A program made the translations under genes and the position numbers. Positions 19,196 through 28,895 of a DNA stretch of 64,000 bases are shown here, one piece after another. This DNA comes from Candidatus Zixiibacteriota bacterium (GTDB lineage Bacteria; Zixibacteria; MSB-5A5; WJJR01; JAJRUJ01): contig JAGVQM010000019.1 in assembly GCA_020051695.1 (NCBI GenBank), positions 15,221-79,220 on the forward strand, read 5' to 3'. The notes beneath the pieces are model-generated. The model saw only the letters and a program-made list of their open reading frames with translations. It was not told the DNA's origin and did not search any database. Within the stretch, counting starts at the first letter, position 1, and each line of letters opens with the position of its first letter.

Positions 19196-19762
19196 CTAAT
19201 TTTTCACAAAGTTAGCATCAGTCAGGTATACGGTGCTCCTAAAAAGCATCTGTATTTTGGCCTCAAATCTCACCGAATCGCCCTTTCGTAATTGCTCAAT
19301 CTCGGCACGCCAAACCTCATCGAATTCAACGGAAATTGTACGTCTATAACGTTCCCACTCGATAGCAACGGATATGGAATTAAAAGGGGTAGTACTCGCA
19401 TCGTAAAACTTGCCTGACCATCTAACCCAACGACCAAGATAGGACTTTTCAATCACTGTTTCAGCCTGCAGAGGAGGAAGATCTTCAAGCGCAGCGAATA
19501 GCTCAGCGGGTGATTTTTCTCTAAGGAATACTCGCTTTGATTCAGCTTCCGGATTTAGTTTCGCATCTGGATTCAAATAGTCTTTATCTATTGGTGTATC
19601 TACTAAATCGGCAGCCTGCTCTTTTTGAACCTCTTGTTGTATCGAGGCTTCATCAGTACTGGGACGAGTGGCAAAAAAAATAATAACGGCGGCGATTAAC
19701 CCAAAAACGCCGGTCACAAAGGCTCCTTGTACGGATGCCTTTTGATACCATTTCTGTGCCAT
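19196..19762 (-). CDS. Hypothetical membrane-anchored protein in an AT-rich segment
   Basis: I start it at ATG 19762 (MAQKWYQKASVQGAFVTGVFGLIAAVIIFF, one N-terminal TM). The tracked start at 19903 would overlap the divergent gene. No recognisable family. Confidence 0.5.
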   Translation of the reverse strand: MAQKWYQKASVQGAFVTGVFGLIAAVIIFFATRPSTDEASIQQEVQKEQAADLVDTPIDKDYLNPDAKLNPEAESKRVFLREKSPAELFAALEDLPPLQAETVIEKSYLGRWVRWSGKFYDASTTPFNSISVAIEWERYRRTISVEFDEVWRAEIEQLRKGDSVRFEAKIQMLFRSTVYLTDANFVKN

Positions 19763-19911
19763 ATTAATCCTTTTGGCGATTTTCCAAAGCCACCTACAGC
19801 AGATTATGAAAGACTTTGCCGTTGTGTCAATCACCAAATCGCGGTCATTCGGTGTCAAATCCGGCTTTAGTGGCTGGAACTCGCCCGCATTTATTGCTAT
19901 CATTGCCCGCT

Positions 19912-20379
19912 ATGGCCTTGGATATGACAATGGGTAGCGACCAGAGGCAATCATTCACCCAAACCCTCGGCACGGGCCTCCATAAGGGCCTCGGTTCCTA
20001 CTGGATGCTCTGCAAAGTGATGATTCCGGTTTTCGTGATTATGACTGTCCTGGCGCACACGCCGGTGCTGCCGTGGGTCGCCGAGGCCTGCGCGCCGTTT
20101 ATGAAATACTGGGGACTGCCCGGGGGCGCGGCAATGGCCCTGATATTGGGCATGACCATCAATATTTATGCTTCTATCGCCGCGACCATCGCGTTGAACC
20201 TCACCCCGGCGCAGATGACCATCGTCGGTGTCATTATTCTGGTGTCCCACAACAATATCATGGAAGCCGCCATTTTGCGCAAAACCGGTGCGCCGATCGG
20301 CTTTCTGGTGCCTCTGCGGATCATTGGGTCACTGGTATTGGGTTGGCTGGTGGCCCTGGCGTACGGGATGGCGGGGTGA
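19912..20379 (+). CDS. Nucleoside-recognition (Gate) domain membrane protein, first of a pair
   Basis: Hydrophobic protein with a YWGLPGGAAMALILGMTINIYA stretch resembling Gate-domain proteins. Start moved to ATG 19912 to avoid overlap with the upstream divergent gene. Confidence 0.55.
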   Translation: MALDMTMGSDQRQSFTQTLGTGLHKGLGSYWMLCKVMIPVFVIMTVLAHTPVLPWVAEACAPFMKYWGLPGGAAMALILGMTINIYASIAATIALNLTPAQMTIVGVIILVSHNNIMEAAILRKTGAPIGFLVPLRIIGSLVLGWLVALAYGMAG

Positions 20380-20382
20380 GCG

Positions 20383-20868
20383 ATGGAAATCCTGGCGACA
20401 ACTGATTTCTGGGTCACGATGCTGTGGGATTTGTTTCACTTGTTGCGCAAGGTATTTCTGGTCCTGATGCCGATTGTGATTGTCCTGGAGTTTTTGCGCT
20501 CGACAACGGTTTTTGCCGCACTCATCGACCGCCTGCACCGCTGGGGTCGGGTATTCGGTTACCAGAAAGAATCAATGTCGCCATTAATCACCGGGATTGT
20601 CTTCGGCATTGTCCTGGGGGCGGGGATCCTGATCGCCGAGTCCAGAACCCGCAAGCTCTCCCGGCAACAAACATTGTTAATCGGCACGTTCCTCAGTATT
20701 TGTCACGCGATTTTCGAGGATACGCTGGTGTTTATGGTCGTCGGGGCCAACGGGCTGGTGCTGCTGGGCAGCCGTTTCTCGGCGGCATTGCTGGTGGTAT
20801 TTTTCCTGTCATGGTATCTGCGCGCGGGTTTGTGGCCGCGCACAAAGACTGCTCCGGTCCCGCAATAA
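20383..20868 (+). CDS. Nucleoside-recognition (Gate) domain membrane protein, second of a pair
   Basis: 161 aa polytopic protein starting 3 nt after the previous stop. This is the typical two-gene arrangement. Confidence 0.5.
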   Translation: MEILATTDFWVTMLWDLFHLLRKVFLVLMPIVIVLEFLRSTTVFAALIDRLHRWGRVFGYQKESMSPLITGIVFGIVLGAGILIAESRTRKLSRQQTLLIGTFLSICHAIFEDTLVFMVVGANGLVLLGSRFSAALLVVFFLSWYLRAGLWPRTKTAPVPQ

Positions 20869-20988
20869 CCGGCAGCTTTCCAGATTAATCTGATATGCGG
20901 TTTCCTGCCGGGGACATATATTTTCCGGGTGCTCCGCATCGGCCGGTATGCGGAGGAACACAACTGGAGAAAATCTCCGGCGGGCGCA

Positions 20989-22371
20989 ATGAGCGAGCAC
21001 AACGACAAAACAACCGCCGCGCTGAATAGTACCGAGTACATCCTCAGCGGGAACCCCTACCGCACAATCATCCGACTGGCCTGGCCGGCGATCATGTCGA
21101 TGATGTCGCACACGCTGCTGACGATCACCGACGCCGCGTGGGTTGGGCGGCTAGGGGCCACGCCGATGGCCGCGGTGATCTCCAGTATGTTCGTCATCTG
21201 GATGATCTGGTCGCTGGCCGAGGTGATCACCTCGGGCGCGGTGGCCCTGGTTTCGCGCAAACTGGGCGCCAAAGACACGGCGGCGGCCGGGCATATCGCC
21301 GACCATACGTTTCGTTTTTCGATCTGGTTTTCTCTGGTGTTCACCGTCGTTGGCGTAGCATTCAGTCCGTGGGCCTTTGAGGTCATGGGCAGCGCGCCGG
21401 ATGTTCGAGATATCGGCATTGTCTACCTGCGCGTTTTTTTCTGTTCAGGTCCGCTTTTGATCGGCGGGCAGCTTTTCAACGCGTTGTACCGGGCTTCGGG
21501 TGATACAAAGACGCCGTTTTTGGTGAATATCTTCAGTAACGCACTAAACCTGGTGCTCAACCCGCTTCTGATTTTCGGAGTCGGACCGTTCCCGGAATTA
21601 GGTCCCGCAGGTTCCGCGTTAGCCACAGTATTGTCCTATGGCTTTGCGTTTGCCGCCTATTTCGTCGCTTTTCGACGGCGGCCGCTCCCCTTTGATTTTT
21701 CCCGCCATTATTTTGTCAAGCCGGACTGGGATATTGTGCGGCGGACGGTAAAAGTCGGTCTGCCGCTGTCTACGTCGGGAATCATTTTCGCCGTCGTGTA
21801 TCTTTTCATCAACCGCGTGACCGCCTCATTCGGCACGGAAGCGGTAGCCGCCCTCGGCGTGGGGAATCGGATTGAATCGATTAATTTTCTGATCGCCTTC
21901 GGCTTTTCGATGGCCGTCGCTACGCTGGTCGGCCAAAACCTCGGGGCCAAAAATGCCCGGCGCGCCGAAGCGCTCGCCTTTAAGACCGTCTGGCTGATCT
22001 CGGGTTTTTGCGGCGTGACCTCGGTGTTGTTTTTTATTTTTGCCCTGCCCGTCGCCAAGTTTTTTAACGCCGACCCGGCCGTCTGGCCCTATTGTGTCAG
22101 TTACCTGCAAATCCTGGCCCTGTCCCAGGTCCTGATGGGTTGGGAAATCGTCTTCGAGGGCGCCTTTGCCGGAGCCGGTGACACGCTCCCGCCGATGATT
22201 GTCTCCATCGTCGGGTCGGTCGCGCGCATCCCCCTGGCTTATGCCCTGGCCTTGTGGCTGGGCTGGGGTGTGGCCGGGATCTGGTGGACAATAACGCTGA
22301 CCACGATCGTCAAGGCAATTGTCCTGCTGATCTGGTTCCGGCTGGGCCGGTGGAAGAGTAAGGAAGTGTAA
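20989..22371 (+). CDS. MATE family efflux transporter
   Basis: About 12 TM segments. N-terminal PAIMSMMSHTLLTITDAAWVGRLG and the internal repeat are typical of MATE/NorM. The start could be GTG 20929 or ATG 20989. Confidence 0.85.
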   Translation: MSEHNDKTTAALNSTEYILSGNPYRTIIRLAWPAIMSMMSHTLLTITDAAWVGRLGATPMAAVISSMFVIWMIWSLAEVITSGAVALVSRKLGAKDTAAAGHIADHTFRFSIWFSLVFTVVGVAFSPWAFEVMGSAPDVRDIGIVYLRVFFCSGPLLIGGQLFNALYRASGDTKTPFLVNIFSNALNLVLNPLLIFGVGPFPELGPAGSALATVLSYGFAFAAYFVAFRRRPLPFDFSRHYFVKPDWDIVRRTVKVGLPLSTSGIIFAVVYLFINRVTASFGTEAVAALGVGNRIESINFLIAFGFSMAVATLVGQNLGAKNARRAEALAFKTVWLISGFCGVTSVLFFIFALPVAKFFNADPAVWPYCVSYLQILALSQVLMGWEIVFEGAFAGAGDTLPPMIVSIVGSVARIPLAYALALWLGWGVAGIWWTITLTTIVKAIVLLIWFRLGRWKSKEV

Positions 22372-22496
22372 AAACCGGTCCGGCCCGGCAAATCAAGCGT
22401 TGACCTGCACTGCCGAAATATATAACTACTGCCTGGGGCCGACAACAGGAGAACAGGCGGACGAAGTCAAGCGTTGAGGGGAAAGGGTACGGTCCG

Positions 22497-23453
22497 ATGG
22501 CTACCGGTTGGGTATATGATGAGGTGTTTTTGAAGCACGATACCGGGCTCCGACATCCGGAATCGGCGCAACGGCTGCAGGCCATCGCCGCACACCTGAA
22601 ACAAACGGGACTGGCGGCACGATTGACCCCGATCCCGGCCCGGCCCGTGGAAAAACACGAAGTTATTCGCGTGCATTTCGCCTCACACTGGGACCGTCTG
22701 GAAAAAGTATGCCGTGACGGCGGCGGGTTTCTGGACGGCGATACGCCAGTGTCGGCCGGTTCATGGGAGGCGGCAATCACCGCCGCCGGCGGGACAATTG
22801 CTGCGGTCGATGCGGTAATGCAGGGAACGGTAACCAATGCCTTCGCCTGTGTCCGCCCGCCGGGCCACCATGCCGAACCGGAAATGGCCATGGGGTTCTG
22901 CCTGTTCAACAATATCGCTATCGCTGCCCGACACTTGCTCGACCAGTGCGGCCTGGAACGTGTGTTGATTGTCGACTGGGACGCGCACCATGGCAACGGA
23001 ACGCAGTATGCATTTTACGAAAATCCGCAGGTCTTTTATTTTTCCATCCATCAATTTCCCTTCTATCCCGGCGAGGGAGCCGCCACCGAGACCGGGCGCG
23101 GCGCCGGCGAAGGGTTTACCATGAATGTGCCGATCCCCGGCGGTTCCGGGGACGCCGAATTCCTTACCGGGCTAATCAACGGGTTACTCCCGGCAATGGA
23201 GAGTTTTCGGCCGCAATTCGTGCTGCTTTCGGCCGGTTTCGATGCCCATCGCAATGACCCGATGACGGGTTTGGCGGTGACCGACCAGGGATTTATCAAG
23301 GCCGGCTTGATTATCAAAAGTCTGGCCGACCGCCACTGCGGCGGCAGATGGGTCTCGGTCCTTGAGGGCGGATACAACGAAAGCTCCCTGACCACTGGCG
23401 TGGCCAACCTGCTGCGCATCAAGCTGGGGGATATCACCGAACATGAGGGATGA
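22497..23453 (+). CDS. Histone deacetylase family (acetoin utilisation / deacetylase) protein
   Basis: RPPGHHA and DWDAHHGNGTQ motifs, with EGGY near the C-terminus. Confidence 0.85.
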   Translation: MATGWVYDEVFLKHDTGLRHPESAQRLQAIAAHLKQTGLAARLTPIPARPVEKHEVIRVHFASHWDRLEKVCRDGGGFLDGDTPVSAGSWEAAITAAGGTIAAVDAVMQGTVTNAFACVRPPGHHAEPEMAMGFCLFNNIAIAARHLLDQCGLERVLIVDWDAHHGNGTQYAFYENPQVFYFSIHQFPFYPGEGAATETGRGAGEGFTMNVPIPGGSGDAEFLTGLINGLLPAMESFRPQFVLLSAGFDAHRNDPMTGLAVTDQGFIKAGLIIKSLADRHCGGRWVSVLEGGYNESSLTTGVANLLRIKLGDITEHEG

Positions 23454-23456
23454 TGC

Positions 23457-24242
23457 ATGCCACGCTATGTCCGCGTTGCCGTGGAAAACCAACCTGTCTG
23501 GGGCAGATTACATCATCACACAATTGAAATCCTGAACCGCGCGCCATACGCTGACGGGCAACCCACCGGGACGACTCTGGCGCTCGAGCAAACCAGACTG
23601 CTCGCGCCGGTATGTCCATCCAAGATCATCTGCGTCGGGCTTAACTACGCGCTCCATGTCAAAGAAAGCCAGTCGGCGACGCACATCCCTGAACAACCGG
23701 TATTGTTCATGAAACCACCCACGGCGGTGATCGGGCCGGACGACAGCATTGTATATCCCCCGTCCTCGGCGCGGGTCGATTACGAGGCGGAACTGGCCGT
23801 GGTGATCGGCAAAACCACCCGGCACGTCGCCGAAGCCGACGCCGAGAAATATATCTTCGGGTATACGTGCGTGAATGACGTCACCGCCCGCGACCTGCAG
23901 AAAAAGGACGGTCAGTGGACGCGGGGCAAGGGATTTGATACGTTCTGCCCGGTCGGCCCCTGGATCGAGACCGAGCTTGATTACCGCAATACCACCGTCG
24001 AATCGTACCTCAACGGAGCGCGCAAACAATCGGGCAATACCGCCGACATGCTGTTCCCGGTGCCGTTTTTGGTGTCATATATCAGCGAGATCATGACCCT
24101 GTTGCCCGGCGATGTCATCTCCACCGGCACGCCGGAAGGCATCGCCCCCATGCAGCCGGGGGATACGATTGAGATTCGGGTCTCGGGGATCGGGTCGCTG
24201 GTGAATCGGGTTGTTACCGCGAAACCGGGTTGCTGCGGGTGA
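23457..24242 (+). CDS. Fumarylacetoacetate hydrolase (FAH) family protein
   Basis: KIICVGLNYALHVKE, YEAELAVVIGK and DVISTGTPEG motifs. Confidence 0.8.
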   Translation: MPRYVRVAVENQPVWGRLHHHTIEILNRAPYADGQPTGTTLALEQTRLLAPVCPSKIICVGLNYALHVKESQSATHIPEQPVLFMKPPTAVIGPDDSIVYPPSSARVDYEAELAVVIGKTTRHVAEADAEKYIFGYTCVNDVTARDLQKKDGQWTRGKGFDTFCPVGPWIETELDYRNTTVESYLNGARKQSGNTADMLFPVPFLVSYISEIMTLLPGDVISTGTPEGIAPMQPGDTIEIRVSGIGSLVNRVVTAKPGCCG

Positions 24243-24255
24243 CGTACAATTACTG

Positions 24256-24972
24256 ATGAACGCACAAATCCTGATTAAAACAACCGGCCTCTGCCGACAT
24301 TATCGGCGGGGACCGCAGGAAATCCGCGCAGTGGATGATGTGAATCTGTCCATTCCAAGGGGAGAATTCCTGGGTATCGTTGGAGCGTCAGGGTCGGGTA
24401 AATCGACACTCCTGAATTTGCTCGCCGGTCTGGACACACCGACCTCCGGTACAATCAACATTGACGGCAGCGCATTGAGCGCCCTGAACCGTCGGCAGCT
24501 GTCCACTCATCGCGCGCGGTGCGTGGGTATGGTGTTTCAATCGTTTAATCTGATTTCGCATCGTACAGCCCTGCAAAATGTCGAACTGGCGTTGTACTTT
24601 AATGACACTCCGCTCGGTGAGCGCACAGGCCGGGCAACGGACATTCTGCAACGCCTGGGATTGGGCGACCGACTGAACCACCGACCGGCCGATTTGTCCG
24701 GTGGTGAACAGCAGCGCGTGGCCTTGGCGCGGGCGCTGGTCAAACGGCCTGAAATCCTGATGGCAGACGAACCGACCGGGAACCTGGATGAAATGAATAC
24801 CCGGCACATCGCCGCGATGCTTGCCGAATTGAATCGCGAGGGTCTTACGGTGCTCATGGCGACTCATGATACTGCGCTGGCCCGCGAATGCGCACGGCGG
24901 GTAATCAGGATGAGCTACGGGCGGCTAGTCAATGAAGAGGATGTCCGGGCCACCGGAGGAGTGACATCATGA
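24256..24972 (+). CDS. ABC transporter ATP-binding protein (LolD/MacB-type)
   Basis: Walker A GASGSGKSTLLN, signature LSGGEQQRVALARAL, Walker B ILMADEPTGNLD. Start taken at ATG 24256. Confidence 0.9.
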   Translation: MNAQILIKTTGLCRHYRRGPQEIRAVDDVNLSIPRGEFLGIVGASGSGKSTLLNLLAGLDTPTSGTINIDGSALSALNRRQLSTHRARCVGMVFQSFNLISHRTALQNVELALYFNDTPLGERTGRATDILQRLGLGDRLNHRPADLSGGEQQRVALARALVKRPEILMADEPTGNLDEMNTRHIAAMLAELNREGLTVLMATHDTALARECARRVIRMSYGRLVNEEDVRATGGVTS

Positions 24973-26432
24973 CTCTGCCCGACCTGGCCGAAATCTCAAT
25001 CGGCAATCTGTGGCGGATGAAGCTGCGGTCGTTCCTCACCATTTCCGGGGTCGTGATTGCCATCGCGGCGTTCGTGGCGATGCTGTCGTTCGGGGCGGGA
25101 AACCAGAAATATGTTACGCGCCAGTTTAACGCACTTGGCTTGCTGCATACAATGCAAGTCTACCCGGCGCGTGCGGAAGGATTGGCGGATTCTGTTAAAA
25201 TCCCGGCGCTCAATTCGGCAATGGTGGCCAAACTGGCCGGACTGCCCGGCGTAAATCTAGCCTATGCATTTGATGTATTCCGTGTTTCGGCCCAGATCGC
25301 CGATACCATCATCGGCACCGAAGCCCAGGCCCTGCCCGCAGCGGCGGCGCGAACCAAAATATTTTCGCAGTTGCTGGCCGGTGCCCTGTTTACCGGAGAC
25401 AGCGCCAAGGAAGCAGTGGTCACCAGCCAGTTTTTGGACTCGTTACATATCACCGACCCCGATTCATTAATCGGCCAACGCCTGGTGATCTCGGTCCGGG
25501 CAGCAAGCATCGACAGCGGTATGGCCGCGGTCCTGCGGGGCGGTATGAACACGATCCACGAACGCATCCGGCAGGTACGGTTTGATTCATTGGTCAATCA
25601 GGACTATCTCTGGGCCCTGGCCCGCCGGGAACTCAACGATGCAATGAAACGATTCGTAGACGGTTATCTTAACTCGCGGGCGACGATCGCCGATACGCTT
25701 ACCATTTGCGGCGTGCTCAAATCCGCCGAGCAGGGACGATTGCGTGTCGGGCCTCTCATCATTCCCCTGGCCACCGCCGCACGCTTCAGCGCCGCCGGTC
25801 CCGGCGAAAACCCGGTCGATTTATTTTCCTCACTGCAAAGTGGCGGATTATTCCTTGCCGACGACCCTGGTTCAGCACGAAGTTTCAGCAAAGTCACACT
25901 CGATCTGGAACCCCAGGCCGCATACACGGCAATTCGCGACACCGTTGAGACGCTCGGTTTTCGGACGTTCAGCTTTATGGAACAATTCGAGGAGATCAAG
26001 GAATTTTTTGTCTATTTCGATTTGGGATTGGGCATCGTCGGACTGATTGCTTTGGTCACTGCCTCGCTGGGTATCATCAACACCATGGTGATGTCGATCC
26101 TCGAACGCACGCGGGAGATCGGCGTGCTCAAATCTCTCGGGGCGGATGATCGCGATATCCGCAACCTTTTTTTAGTGGAATCGGGAACGATTGGCCTGAT
26201 CGGCGCTTCCTGCGGGATCATTTTCGGCTGGTTGATTACTCGGTTGGTCTCAACGATAGCGCAGACAATTATGGTCCGACAAGGCCTTGATGAAATCGAA
26301 TTGTTCGCCCTGCCACTCTGGCTGGTTTTGATCGCATTGTCATTTGGGTTGATCGTCAGCCTGCTGGCCGGGGCCTATCCGGCCCGGCGCGCAGCCCGCG
26401 TCGATCCCGTGAAAGCTCTGCGCAGCGATTAA
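24969..26432 (+). CDS. ABC transporter permease, FtsX/MacB-like
   Basis: N-terminal TM, a large periplasmic domain, and a C-terminal 3-TM FtsX module (REIGVLKSLGADDRDI). ATGA overlap with the ATPase gene. Confidence 0.8.
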   Translation: MTLPDLAEISIGNLWRMKLRSFLTISGVVIAIAAFVAMLSFGAGNQKYVTRQFNALGLLHTMQVYPARAEGLADSVKIPALNSAMVAKLAGLPGVNLAYAFDVFRVSAQIADTIIGTEAQALPAAAARTKIFSQLLAGALFTGDSAKEAVVTSQFLDSLHITDPDSLIGQRLVISVRAASIDSGMAAVLRGGMNTIHERIRQVRFDSLVNQDYLWALARRELNDAMKRFVDGYLNSRATIADTLTICGVLKSAEQGRLRVGPLIIPLATAARFSAAGPGENPVDLFSSLQSGGLFLADDPGSARSFSKVTLDLEPQAAYTAIRDTVETLGFRTFSFMEQFEEIKEFFVYFDLGLGIVGLIALVTASLGIINTMVMSILERTREIGVLKSLGADDRDIRNLFLVESGTIGLIGASCGIIFGWLITRLVSTIAQTIMVRQGLDEIELFALPLWLVLIALSFGLIVSLLAGAYPARRAARVDPVKALRSD

Positions 26433-26453
26433 TACACGTGATTGTCTCGCGTC

Positions 26454-28754
26454 CTACCACGCCGCTTTCCACGATAACATTGCCCAGGCTGCCAGATACA
26501 ACGCTGCGGCGATCAGCAACGCGGCGGTGAAGCCCCAGGCGAAGGCGACCAGCAAAATCAATGTCGCCCCCAGCACGGATGCCGCGCCGTTGATTGCAAA
26601 TCCCCAGTCGATCAGTGTCCCCACCCGCAACGCCGCCTTGGGGAACGGCATGCCCATAAAAAAGCCCAGCGGGGAGATCAACAACGCGCTGATCAGGATG
26701 CGCGCGGTAATCGGCAGCATGGTCAGTTCCTGGAACAATCGAGGAAAAATGAAAATGTCCAACAACAACCAGGCCATGATACTGACAAAGGCCGTGCGGT
26801 CGCGGACTTTTGCCGAAAACCGGCTGCCGATGCCGGAGGAAACCAGCAGAGTCAGGAGAATCACCGCAATGCTGTACACCGCCGGTCCGACAAACAGCGT
26901 GTATTTCTGGATCAGGATTACCTCAACGGCCATAAACGCCAGACCGATGATGAAAAAATACAACCAGGGGAGGGCACGGAGTTTTTCGCGTTTCCCGAGA
27001 TACGGCACCAAATTGATCGGGATAACCAGCACGATGACAATCACGGCAATGATGACGATAATCATTTTGGAAACCGGAAAACCGAGGAAATCATACGGGC
27101 GCAGGCCGTTCAGTTTATCCCAGGAAAAATTCTTCCACAACCCCAGTTGCGCGGTAAAAGGACGGTCGTCGGTGCACGGGGAAATGTCGATCGTGGCCGA
27201 GTCGGCGGCCGCAGTCCAGCCGTTCGCGACAATTTGATTGATGATATTGCCCTGCAGCGAATCTGCTGCCGGGTACAGCAAATAACAGTAGCTTTGTTCC
27301 TCCGGCGCATGCTGCCCGAAAGCGTTACGGCGGATTTCGTCAGTCAGCGGCTTTTTGGACAACAGGATCATATTGCGCCGCATGTTGGGCAGGTTATACA
27401 CGGAAAAGTGCGCGGCGGGGTGGGCCACACCGGCAGCTTCCAGTCCGTGGATCAACTCGCTGACCAGGCGCGGCATATAAAACTGATGTTCCATCATCAT
27501 GAACCCGCTGTCGGACAGGGCCGTCCAGTAATCGCGAAAGGCCTCGGTGGTAAATAAATAATTCTCTGCCAGGGCAAACGACCCCGAGGCCAGCGCCGCC
27601 CACGAATTCGAACTGAGGGAGTAAATGACATCAAACGCGCCGGTGAACCGGCTGACATAGATCCGGGCATCTTCGGTAACGACCTTGACGCGGGGATCAT
27701 GGTAGATCCCGCCGGAGAACTCGGCCAGCGTGGTGAAATGTCCCAGGGAATCCGCTCCCGCCGAATCGGGGGGGAACGGCAGGTACCCGCCGGGGTCGCC
27801 CACGGTCATCATGAAATTGATATGCGGGTTGACCTCCACGGCATGAATTTCGGCCGCGCCATATTGCAACGCCTGCAGCACATCGACACCACCCCCTGCC
27901 CCCAATGAAAGGAAGGTACAGGAATCAAAACGCCCGATCAAATTGGAAACATCGATGCCGAACTCGTACAGCATCGAATCCGGTTTATCCCAGTTGCCGT
28001 CGAAACCATACACCGGAGAATTGGCCGCGTTATCGATGTTGATTCCACGATAGGTTTCATCGTAACCATAGAGTTTAATCTTGGACATCGCATCCCAATG
28101 CTTGTAAATGACCGGGCCGTGCTCGGGACGATCGACTTCCAGCATGCCGACAGCATAATTGCCGAGGACAAGCGCCGCCGCTGCCAGGGCCAGGGGGAGG
28201 ATTCTAGACCAGCGCCGACAGGCAATGAACGCCGCCGTTAGGACCGGCAAAGAACACCAGAAGACCGTGGCCGGGGTGCCGATCGCGTTCATCAGGTAGA
28301 TCGCCACGAACACGCCGGCCCCCGCGCCAAGCAGGTCGGCCATATATAGTCGCGGCACATTTTGATGGTCCTGCTTAAACAGCAGCGCCAGGACCATCCC
28401 GGCACAGAAAAACGGCGCACCCAGCAGGACAATGGCCCCGATCAGCTTTCCGATCATTGCGGCACTGGTGAACACCCGCGCAAAGTCCGGTCCGAGCTGG
28501 AAGACCAGTGGCGGGCCGGCCAGGGCGAACAGACCGGTCAGCGCCAAATATCCGCCGACACTGCGCAGCCGGTTCAATCCCGGGACCAGCCGCAACGAAA
28601 GTGCCCCCAGACCCAGGCCCATGACCGCCAATGACAGAACCAAAAAGGCAAAACTATAGAAAAATTCGGCGGAAAAAATTCTGGTCCAGACAACTTCCAA
28701 TGCAATTATCGAAACAGACAACAGGGCAATGATGACATACTTGCGGTTTCCCAT
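26454..28754 (-). CDS. Spermidine-synthase-like (aminopropyl/methyltransferase fold) domain flanked by two polytopic membrane domains
   Basis: 766 aa. About 7 N-terminal TMs, a central FLSLGAGGGVDVLQALQYGAAEIHAVEVNP glycine-rich nucleotide-binding motif, and about 6 C-terminal TMs. Confidence 0.6.
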   Translation of the reverse strand: MGNRKYVIIALLSVSIIALEVVWTRIFSAEFFYSFAFLVLSLAVMGLGLGALSLRLVPGLNRLRSVGGYLALTGLFALAGPPLVFQLGPDFARVFTSAAMIGKLIGAIVLLGAPFFCAGMVLALLFKQDHQNVPRLYMADLLGAGAGVFVAIYLMNAIGTPATVFWCSLPVLTAAFIACRRWSRILPLALAAAALVLGNYAVGMLEVDRPEHGPVIYKHWDAMSKIKLYGYDETYRGINIDNAANSPVYGFDGNWDKPDSMLYEFGIDVSNLIGRFDSCTFLSLGAGGGVDVLQALQYGAAEIHAVEVNPHINFMMTVGDPGGYLPFPPDSAGADSLGHFTTLAEFSGGIYHDPRVKVVTEDARIYVSRFTGAFDVIYSLSSNSWAALASGSFALAENYLFTTEAFRDYWTALSDSGFMMMEHQFYMPRLVSELIHGLEAAGVAHPAAHFSVYNLPNMRRNMILLSKKPLTDEIRRNAFGQHAPEEQSYCYLLYPAADSLQGNIINQIVANGWTAAADSATIDISPCTDDRPFTAQLGLWKNFSWDKLNGLRPYDFLGFPVSKMIIVIIAVIVIVLVIPINLVPYLGKREKLRALPWLYFFIIGLAFMAVEVILIQKYTLFVGPAVYSIAVILLTLLVSSGIGSRFSAKVRDRTAFVSIMAWLLLDIFIFPRLFQELTMLPITARILISALLISPLGFFMGMPFPKAALRVGTLIDWGFAINGAASVLGATLILLVAFAWGFTAALLIAAALYLAAWAMLSWKAAW

Positions 28755-28895
28755 GTTTGATCCTTTCGGGCCGAATATAACGGTACACTCTTTCCCATAA
28801 GGTGCTCGTCTATCCGTACTCCTCCAGGCACCAGCTTAATCAACGGTATCCAGCGCATTAAGTTGCGCCCATGAAACAGTATTGACAAGCGGGGG

